This document shows positions 38,005 to 44,290 of a stretch of 64,000 bases of DNA, in pieces. Under the pieces are notes generated by a model that searched no databases, had not been told where the DNA came from, and saw nothing but the letters and a program-made list of their open reading frames with translations. The position numbers were made by a program, and so were the translations under genes. The stretch spans positions 124,001 to 188,000 of the IMG/VR virus record IMGVR_UViG_3300025012_000027. One strand, written 5' to 3'. Every line of letters begins with the position of its first letter. Position 1 is the first letter of the stretch.

Positions 38005-38358
38005 CTAGTATCTAACTACGATAACGTCCAACTCTAACTCAGTTGCTTCGTCTATCATGTTCTTAGTACCCGTACTTTTACCATCCCAGAAAGCAATTAA
38101 CGTATCAGCGTAGTTTGCCATTTGTCGATTGCGTATATGTCCGGCACCTTTTCCATATCGTATCCAATCTGCCGGGAACTTTTTCACCGGTTTCTCTATC
38201 AGAACTGCCAACTTTTCACCTAATGCATCAGCCCCTTTAGCGCAGCCAGATACAACCACATCTATATATTCACCAGCAGCATAAAACTTGATGACGGTCT
38301 CTAAAACTAGATTCCAGTCATTGAAATCTCGACCACCAGCAATAATGACTTTGCTCAT
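38005..38358 (-). CDS. SLOG/YspA-like (DUF2493) protein
   Basis: VIIAGGRDF, VVSGCAKGAD.LG, AGHIRN.QMA.YAD.LIAFWDG.S.GT. Confidence 0.75.
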   Translation of the reverse strand: MSKVIIAGGRDFNDWNLVLETVIKFYAAGEYIDVVVSGCAKGADALGEKLAVLIEKPVKKFPADWIRYGKGAGHIRNRQMANYADTLIAFWDGKSTGTKNMIDEATELELDVIVVRY

Positions 38359-38375
38359 ATGATACCTTCTAATAC

Positions 38376-38450
38376 TGGAGCGAGTAGTCGGTAATGCTCC
38401 GACTCCTGAAGTTTGGAAGACTCCCACGCATCTATAAACGCTTTACTCGC
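38376..38450 (-). tRNA. tRNA-Gly(TCC), non-canonical T-loop AGCATTA
   Basis: Acceptor GCGAGTA/TACTCGC, U73, loop CTTCCAA, CCA. Confidence 0.8.
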
Positions 38451-38457
38451 TAAAACC

Positions 38458-38535
38458 TGGCGACTTGTATGGGATTCGAACCCATCTATCTCCACCGTGA
38501 CAGGGTGGCGTCCACGCCTAGCAGACTCACAAGCC
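38458..38535 (-). tRNA. tRNA-Asp(GTC)
   Basis: Loop CTGTCAC, G73, CCA. Confidence 0.9.
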
Positions 38536-38539
38536 TAAA

Positions 38540-38790
38540 TCTGTGCAACACATCAATTGGGATTCTTACCCCAGTATTTCTCGACCGTACCTTACAGGCT
38601 AGGGCCGACGCAGTTAATCACTGCAAAGATGACCGAGTGCGCGGGATCATCTACTATTTACTCTTCGAGCCTCGCTACCCAAAGTATTCATACCCCGACA
38701 GGACTTTCACCTGTAATATACACCTGCATCTCGGTGCCTTGCTTCTGCTAAAGCCGATCAGAGGAATTGCTCCGGCTAGTGACGAGGATT
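38540..38790 (-). ncRNA. Candidate structured ncRNA between tRNA-Ala and tRNA-Asp
   Basis: GC-richer non-coding 250 nt with several hairpins incl. CAGGTGAAAGTCCTG. Confidence 0.4.
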
Positions 38791-38794
38791 CATT

Positions 38795-38866
38795 TGGTGG
38801 ACCTATGGGGTATCGAGCCCCAAGCATGGCATTGCAAGTGCCTTTCCCGTCCCATACGGTAAGCCC
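38795..38866 (-). tRNA. tRNA-Ala(TGC), divergent D/T arms
   Basis: G3-U70, loop CTTGCAA, CCA. Confidence 0.75.
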
Positions 38867-39037
38867 AAATTCGTTTTATCTGACGGTACTGATAGTATCC
38901 TTTTCCTTCGCGCTTGTGCTACTACTACTACTAGCGGGCGCAAATTCCGATTTGTCAGCTTTCATTGAAGGAGCAACCCCTCGAAAGTGTTTCTCAGTTC
39001 GGGCAATACCTTCTAATAAAACAACTTCTTATAAATA

Positions 39038-39111
39038 TGGTCAGAGTACTAGGAATCGAACCTAGGCCACAACGCCCCAAACGTCGCATGATACCATTTC
39101 ACCACACTCTG
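39038..39111 (-). tRNA. tRNA-Pro(TGG)
   Basis: Loop TTTGGGG, C1-G72 A73, CCA. Confidence 0.9.
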
Positions 39112-39121
39112 ATTAACATTA

Positions 39122-39216
39122 TAAAACATACCCATCTAAAAACGCTGCTACTAACCCAACACCCTACACGAGCACGATGAAGTGGGTCACGTGTTATCAC
39201 TGACAGATATGTTTTA
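39122..39216 (-). ncRNA. Hairpin-closed candidate ncRNA
   Basis: TAAAACATA/TATGTTTTA terminal stem, same AAACATA arm as the 34624 element. Confidence 0.4.
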
Positions 39217-39396
39217 AAAATGACTCCTTACACCCGCTTGTGGCGACTGTAATCTCCCGATTGAGTGTGTAAACATCACCATGTAAGGAATCTGTCTATA
39301 TAAATTTTTAATGAACCGTCAAGTGTAACTCTATCATTGCCACTTATTAACTGCTACAAATGTATTATAACACACTTTCTGCAGTCGTCAACATAT

Positions 39397-39690
39397 TTAC
39401 CAATAATAATTATAGGGCTTATGGCTAACCCCGGGTGGATCAACATCTTCTATGTCTCGATGCATCACCACTTTTTCCCAAGTTCTACCAGCCCTGCGCT
39501 GCGGACGATTCATTGTAATGCGGGTCCACCAACTTGGAGTTGTCATCCAATGATCTTCCGTATCAACCTCTTTACGACGCTTTGGCTTTGTTGTTGGTAG
39601 ATCAATAAGACTACCATTCAAATAAGCCATATCGTGAGTCCAACTGTATCCAGTTAGTTTGAGTGGGCGATCTTTATAAGTTCTCGACAT
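39397..39690 (-). CDS. Hypothetical basic protein
   Basis: MSRTYKDRP...HKPYNYYW; AGGAG RBS. Confidence 0.6.
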   Translation of the reverse strand: MSRTYKDRPLKLTGYSWTHDMAYLNGSLIDLPTTKPKRRKEVDTEDHWMTTPSWWTRITMNRPQRRAGRTWEKVVMHRDIEDVDPPGVSHKPYNYYW

Positions 39691-39758
39691 GTAATATACT
39701 CCTGTAATAACTACAATCGCATATATCCTCCTAAGTTATATCAAGTATTTCGTGTTCA

Positions 39759-39875
39759 TTAACAAAACGGCAGACCTTTTCCGCAGAAAATAAGATACAT
39801 AGACGAATATGCCGCTACCCATAGAACTCCGGCGAGTATAACTAGTCCGCCGACGATTTTCAGAAAAGTTCCCAT
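39759..39875 (-). CDS. Small membrane protein
   Basis: MGTFLKIVGGLVILAGVLWVAAY...; AGGA RBS. Confidence 0.4.
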   Translation of the reverse strand: MGTFLKIVGGLVILAGVLWVAAYSSMYLIFCGKGLPFC

Positions 39876-39891
39876 ATGTATCCTAAGTTAT

Positions 39892-39974
39892 TGGTGGGCC
39901 GCCCGAGATTCGAACTCGGAAAAACCTGCGGTCTAAACGCAGTAGCTGTGCCAATTTGCATATGTCAGCGGCCC
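39892..39974 (-). tRNA. tRNA-Leu(TAG), short variable loop
   Basis: Loop TTTAGAC, A73, CCA. Confidence 0.8.
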
Positions 39975-39981
39975 ATTAATT

Positions 39982-40068
39982 TGGTGGTTGAGGTAAGGAT
40001 CGAACTTACTTGTCTGTTAAAGACCAGAGGGTTACAGCCTCCTGCCCTACCATTAGAGCATCTCAACC
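39982..40068 (-). tRNA. tRNA-Tyr(GTA)
   Basis: Loop CTGTAAC, long variable arm, CCA. Confidence 0.9.
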
Positions 40069-40089
40069 AAATTCTAAACTATCAATTTC

Positions 40090-40173
40090 TGGTGCGCAAG
40101 GTGGGATTCGAACCCACAAGCTGTTAAGCGTCAGATTTTAAATCTGATGTGTAGACCGTTCCACCACTTGCGC
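40090..40173 (-). tRNA. tRNA-Leu(TAA)
   Basis: Loop TTTAAAA, variable arm, CCA. Confidence 0.9.
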
Positions 40174-40245
40174 ACATCTTCTAAGTGTCTATTATAACAT
40201 AGACTTTAGCAGACTAAACGTTTTTGTAAAATATATTTTACACTT

Positions 40246-40455
40246 TCAGTATGCTTCGGCATACGCATACCACGTTCCATCGAGCAGTTGCATCGCCGAC
40301 CAACCAACTCTACGATTGCCACATGTGCATCGACGAGATTCTCCATCCCATCCACCACATTCATCTTCACAATTTTGCCCGTCGAAATCAATCAACCCAC
40401 CATCCATCGAATCTTTTTTAGCTTCAATAGCCGCTTCTTCAGTTAAGAATCCCAT
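40246..40455 (-). CDS. Small Cys-rich hypothetical protein
   Basis: CEDECGGWDGESRRCTCGNRRV.W; AGGAG RBS. Confidence 0.55.
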   Translation of the reverse strand: MGFLTEEAAIEAKKDSMDGGLIDFDGQNCEDECGGWDGESRRCTCGNRRVGWSAMQLLDGTWYAYAEAY

Positions 40456-40475
40456 AATAGATCTCCTAATAAAAA

Positions 40476-40551
40476 TGGTAGTCTGTGTAAGAATCGAACT
40501 TACGACCTTCGCTGTGTAAAAGCGTTGCTCTACCAACTGAGCTAACAGACT
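40476..40551 (-). tRNA. tRNA-Val(TAC)
   Basis: Loop TTTACAC, CCA. Confidence 0.9.
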
Positions 40552-40558
40552 AAATTGT

Positions 40559-40635
40559 TGGGGCGGCCGACGGAATTCGAATCCGCACGAACAGGAATCA
40601 CAATCCTGGGCTCTACCAATTGAGCTACAGCCGCC
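40559..40635 (-). tRNA. tRNA-His(GTG) with encoded G-1
   Basis: Loop TTGTGAT, G-1:C73, CCA. Confidence 0.9.
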
Positions 40636-40698
40636 GTAGTATAACACATATCAAATCATTCGTGTCTAGCAGTGTTTAACCACGTCTATGACAATGTA

Positions 40699-40774
40699 TG
40701 GCATCCCGGGAAGGAGTCGAACCCTCAACCTTGAGCTTTGGAGGCCCCTGCGCTGCCAATTGCGCCACCGAGAT
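40699..40774 (-). tRNA. tRNA-Trp(CCA), G27:A43 mismatch (4-bp anticodon stem)
   Basis: GGGGC-CTCCAAA-GCTCA; G73; CCA. Confidence 0.9.
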
Positions 40775-40779
40775 ATAAT

Positions 40780-40854
40780 TGGTACCCTGTGGAGGAATCG
40801 AACCACCATATAAACTTTAGGAAAATCTTGTCCTTTCCATTGAACGAACAGGGT
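40780..40854 (-). tRNA. tRNA-Arg(CCT)
   Basis: Loop TTCCTAA, CCA. Confidence 0.85.
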
Positions 40855-40856
40855 TC

Positions 40857-40944
40857 TGGCGGATAGTATAGGATTCGAACCTATGCGCCCCTTTCGGAAC
40901 GACGGTTTAGCAAACCGTTGCCTTGACCACTCGGCCAACTATCC
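40857..40944 (-). tRNA. tRNA-Ser(GCT)
   Basis: Loop TTGCTAA, long variable arm, G73. Confidence 0.9.
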
Positions 40945-40951
40945 TCGTCTC

Positions 40952-41027
40952 TGGTCCCGACAGTAGAACTCGAATCTACATCTAAGGCTTCGTAGGCCAT
41001 TGTTCTATCCAGTTGAACTATGTCGAG
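40952..41027 (-). tRNA. tRNA-Arg(ACG)
   Basis: Loop CTACGAA, CCA. Confidence 0.85.
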
Positions 41028-41033
41028 AAATTT

Positions 41034-41128
41034 TGGCTCCCCAGAGTGGCCTCGAACCACCATATTACGCCTCGCGGCCTTTACGTCTGATTAACAGTCA
41101 GGTCTCTTACCAATTAGAGTACCGGGGA
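41034..41128 (-). tRNA. tRNA-Asn(GTT) with expanded variable region
   Basis: Loop CTGTTAA, G73, ~24-nt variable region. Confidence 0.8.
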
Positions 41129-41188
41129 ATAATTTGTGCAATGCTTCTCATATTGCTTGAAGGTTTCACCCAACCTCTAAGAGTGATT

Positions 41189-41264
41189 TGGTTCCTAAGA
41201 CTGGACTCGAACCAGTAACACTCGATTCTTCAGACCGATGCTCTACCATTGGAGCTACTTAGGA
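41189..41264 (-). tRNA. tRNA-Phe(GAA)
   Basis: Loop CTGAAGA, CCA. Confidence 0.9.
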
Positions 41265-41272
41265 ATATTATA

Positions 41273-41349
41273 TGGTCAGTATGGCCGGCCTCGAACCGGC
41301 ATATTCTTGTTTCCAAAACAAGTCGACGTCCACTTGTCACCACATACTG
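41273..41349 (-). tRNA. tRNA-Pro(TGG), second copy with A37
   Basis: Loop TTTGGAA, C1-G72 A73, CCA. Confidence 0.75.
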
Positions 41350-41355
41350 TTAAAC

Positions 41356-41431
41356 TGGCGCCCTTAGCAAGGATTTGAACCCGCAACCTACTCCTTACAG
41401 GGGAGTTGCACTGCCGTTGTGCTATAAGGGC
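41356..41431 (-). tRNA. tRNA-Thr(TGT)
   Basis: Loop CCTGTAA, irregular T-stem, CCA. Confidence 0.75.
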
Positions 41432-41440
41432 GAAAACTTT

Positions 41441-41532
41441 TGGCGGACGCCGGAGGAGTCGAACCCCATCCCATTTCTGAGAACCTGGTTTTCAAGGCCA
41501 GTCGCAGGACCATCCCCGCTGCATCAACGTCC
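41441..41532 (-). tRNA. tRNA-Ser(TGA)
   Basis: Loop CTTGAAA, long variable arm, G73. Confidence 0.9.
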
Positions 41533-41542
41533 ATAATTCTTT

Positions 41543-41620
41543 TGGTGCCCAAGGAGAGATTCGAACTCTCAGGATAATAGATTTTGAATCTACCGACTCT
41601 ACCAATTTGTCTACTTGGGC
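41543..41620 (-). tRNA. tRNA-Leu(CAA), short variable loop
   Basis: Loop TTCAAAA, A73, CCA. Confidence 0.8.
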
Positions 41621-41622
41621 TT

Positions 41623-41700
41623 TGGCAGGGGAAGTGAGATTTGAACTCACGATGACGATTTCAAAGACCGTTGCCTTAGGCCGGACTAGGCGATTCCCCA
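41623..41700 (-). tRNA. tRNA-Gln(TTG)
   Basis: Loop CTTTGAA, G73, CCA. Confidence 0.9.
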
Positions 41701-41887
41701 ATAAATCATATTCAAGAACCCATAGTTAATTTGGAGGTTCTTGAATATGACACCATATGTCATATGCCCTTTATCGCCCATTGGTGTAGTCTGAAGAGTA
41801 CTCGACTATCTTATCATATATTCCGCAAAATATATGAGAGGGGTCTGGCGCTATTTATATACCCCGAATCCGGACGGGGTGTAATTA

Positions 41888-42574
41888 TTAAAACAACGAC
41901 AATGCTTTGTCGACTTCAATCTTAAACCATTCACCGTTGCTGCGATCAGCAACTCCAGCAAATCTACCTAACAATTCTTTCTCATGTGACCGTCTATCAT
42001 GCGTCCACTTAACCGTTATAAATGTAAACGCCTGGTGCGGATCGTTTGGAATATTGTATGCCCGCAATCTCTTCTCATAGTCTATAGTCATCCCAACCTT
42101 TATCCACCCAGGGAAGGATGGGTTAACAAGTAAGTAAACAAATCCCTCCAAAAACTTTACTTGCTCACCTCTAATTCTAATCTCGTCGCCATACTTTGCA
42201 CGGATAGTTGCTAATCGATCGCTAAGCGTTGGCACGATTCTCACCGGTGCTTTCACCGGCTGAGTGATATCAACGCTCACTGTACGACCAGCTATATATT
42301 CCGCCTGCATCAATTTTAAGGCATTTAGCATATCACTCGCTTGATCTTTAGGCAAATTAAAACGTTTCTTAATCTCAGAAACACTCATCTTCCTATGTCC
42401 GTAAATGAACCATTTCTTAGCCATCCACAATCTTTCCTCAAATTCCGACGGCGATACGCGTACAGCACAGACCACACGACGTTTCTTTGGTTTTGGCAAA
42501 GATCGACCGTACTTGGTTACTATTTCAAAATTTGTCTGTAGTCCTTTAATCGTTTCAAACTTGCGAGTTTTCAT
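41888..42574 (-). mobile_element. GIY-YIG-superfamily (T5orf172-like) putative homing endonuclease
   Basis: C-terminal GFVYLLVNPSFPGWIKVGMT..YEKRL..YN...EWF; own TGTTATACT box at 42584-42592. Confidence 0.65.
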
Positions 42575-42607
42575 ATTAACTATAGTATAACACAAAATTC
42601 TTCACTA

Positions 42608-42656
42608 AAACAAGAAACAAGAAACCCCGAAAATTTTTACATCTTCGGGGTTTCTT
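42608..42656 (-). terminator. Intrinsic terminator of a putative attenuator
   Basis: 13-bp stem AAGAAACCCCGAA/TTCGGGGTTTCTT then GTTTCTTGTTTT. Confidence 0.8.
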
Positions 42657-42694
42657 AGATAATTCTTGTTTTTATTCTTATCTAAGATCCCCGA
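42645..42694 (-). promoter_or_regulatory. Antiterminator hairpin overlapping leader stop codon and terminator 5' arm
   Basis: TCGGGG-A-TCTTAGATAA pairs with TTATCTAAGA-AA-CCCCGA (10+6 bp). Confidence 0.75.
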
Positions 42695-42783
42695 GTCCCT
42701 GGATTCAATGTTGCGCCATCAAAGCAATATTCATGCGACCAAATCTGGCGCAGCATGGGGGTGCTAGTTGAGAGGGATAACAT
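42682..42783 (-). CDS. Codon-diverse leader peptide (33 aa; 37 aa from ATG 42795)
   Basis: (MNKQ)MLSLSTSTPMLRQIWSHEYCFDGATLNPGTRGS*; lies between a TGTTATAAT box and the terminator. Confidence 0.7.
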   Translation of the reverse strand: MLSLSTSTPMLRQIWSHEYCFDGATLNPGTRGS

Positions 42784-42823
42784 TTGTTTATTCATTATAA
42801 CACTATTTACGGTGAGATTGATT

Positions 42824-42967
42824 TTACTCTGAAAAGTTTTGTTGGGTATCAAAAAGATCGCCAGTATAAAGATCCATATCTGGATCGGTATCGAATAACG
42901 TTTCTGTCATGGCCTCGGTTAAATGATCAAATTCTGGTACGGTGTCAGAGTCTAAAATGTGAATCAT
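42824..42967 (-). CDS. Small highly acidic protein (47 aa)
   Basis: MIHILDSDTVPEFDHLTEAMTETLFDTDPDMDLYTGDLFDTQQNFSE*; consensus promoter upstream. Confidence 0.55.
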   Translation of the reverse strand: MIHILDSDTVPEFDHLTEAMTETLFDTDPDMDLYTGDLFDTQQNFSE

Positions 42968-42999
42968 ATAGTTGCTTAAATGCTTGTTTAGTTAGAGCT

Positions 43000-43028
43000 A
43001 TTATACATTGTGCTGGAGAGTCTGTCAA
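43000..43028 (-). promoter_or_regulatory. Consensus sigma70 promoter
   Basis: TTGACA-17 nt-TATAAT, perfect. Confidence 0.85.
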
Positions 43029-43288
43029 GTCTTTTCAGAGATATTTTGATTTAAATCGTTGGCGGTTTTATATCGGTCGTATTTTCTATTCAATAGGTTT
43101 GAGTTGGCCGTGTCTCTGACGAGCCAGTTATCCGAAGCTGACAGCGTAGTCAGCTGTTCGTCGGATGCGTTTGTATTTTTAGCTACTATAAGCGCGACTT
43201 CGGATGATACGGATCCATCATCAACCAATTCATCGAGGTGATCTTTAGTACCATATTTAGCTAGAAATTGTTTTTGGCTTGAATTCAT
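43025..43288 (-). CDS. Short member of the 26-aa repeat family
   Basis: QKQFLAKYGTKDHLDELVDD...VAKN.NAS. Confidence 0.7.
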   Translation of the reverse strand: MNSSQKQFLAKYGTKDHLDELVDDGSVSSEVALIVAKNTNASDEQLTTLSASDNWLVRDTANSNLLNRKYDRYKTANDLNQNISEKT

Positions 43289-44037
43289 AGTTTTCTACTC
43301 GCTAGATTCTCTTTCGCGACACGTCTAACATATCCGTGTTCATCATTAGCTAGTTTATCTAGATGTTCTTTCGAGGCATTTGGGTTACTGGCTACAGATT
43401 CTCTAACATACTCGCTTTTATCAGTAACCAGCTTGTCTAGATGATCTTTAGTTGCATTTGGACTGCTGGCCACCGACATTCTAACCACTTCTTCTTCATC
43501 ATTAACCAGCTTGTCTAGATGATCTTTAGTTGCATTTGGACTGCTGGCCACCGACATTCTAACCACTTCTTCTTCATCATTACCCAGCTTGTCTAGATGC
43601 TCTTTCGAGGCGTTTACATTCTTGGCTGCGGTTGCTCTAACCACTTCTTCATCATCATTAACCAGCTTGTCTAGATGCTCTTTAGTTGCATTTGGATTCT
43701 CGGCTACCGCACGTCTAACCCCTGCATCATCATCGTTAACCAGCTTGTCTAGATGCTCTTTCGAAGCAGTTGGGTTACTGGCTACCGCACGTCTAACATG
43801 CCAGTGTTCATCATTAGCTAGTTTATCTTGATGGACTTTAGTTGCATTTGGATTCTCGGCTACAGCTTCCCTAACATACTCGCTTTTATCGTTAACCAGC
43901 TTGTCTAGATGATCTTTCGAAGCAGTTTGACTTTTAGCTACCGCACATCTAACCTTCCAGTCTTTATCGCCGACCACTGTATCTTGATGGACTTTAGTAC
44001 CGTACTTGGCTAGAAAAAGGTGTTGTTTATCATTCAT
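43285..44037 (-). CDS. 26-aa helical repeat protein, 9 repeats
   Basis: QHLFLAKYGTK start; KxHLDKLVNDxxxxVRxxVAxNPNA repeats. Confidence 0.85.
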   Translation of the reverse strand: MNDKQHLFLAKYGTKVHQDTVVGDKDWKVRCAVAKSQTASKDHLDKLVNDKSEYVREAVAENPNATKVHQDKLANDEHWHVRRAVASNPTASKEHLDKLVNDDDAGVRRAVAENPNATKEHLDKLVNDDEEVVRATAAKNVNASKEHLDKLGNDEEEVVRMSVASSPNATKDHLDKLVNDEEEVVRMSVASSPNATKDHLDKLVTDKSEYVRESVASNPNASKEHLDKLANDEHGYVRRVAKENLASRKL

Positions 44038-44278
44038 AGTTCTTTACTAACACTTTCTTGAAGCAGTCGCATTCTGGATCTAGCACGGCGATATAATGAT
44101 ACCCGACAGGAGGTATTGGTAATTGCTGTACAATTACTTGGGTAGGTGGCTCTTGTGCTCTGGATATTGCGTGTCCAACCACGCCGCTAATGATCATAGA
44201 AAGCGCCCAATACTGATGACCATGCGCATAAGATGCCGATGAACTCAGGAGAATTAACGATGTGATTAGTTTCTTCAT
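44030..44278 (-). CDS. Small exported/membrane hypothetical protein
   Basis: Signal-like MKKLITSLILLSSSASYA. Confidence 0.55.
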   Translation of the reverse strand: MKKLITSLILLSSSASYAHGHQYWALSMIISGVVGHAISRAQEPPTQVIVQQLPIPPVGYHYIAVLDPECDCFKKVLVKNYE

Positions 44279-44290
44279 GTGCGTATTATA

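Noticed and set aside
38469-39065. 198-aa plus-strand ORF and other ORF-track entries over the tRNA array
   Set aside because: Antisense shadows of tRNA/ncRNA genes with no RBS or protein motifs; the same holds for most opposite-strand ORFs overlapping core genes.
41705-41830. Possible extra tRNA upstream of tRNA-Gln
   Set aside because: Hairpins are present (ATATGAC/GTCATAT) but no cloverleaf or T-loop could be built.
19500-44037. Diversity-generating retroelement acting on the repeat genes
   Set aside because: No reverse transcriptase or TR/VR pair with adenine-specific differences seen.
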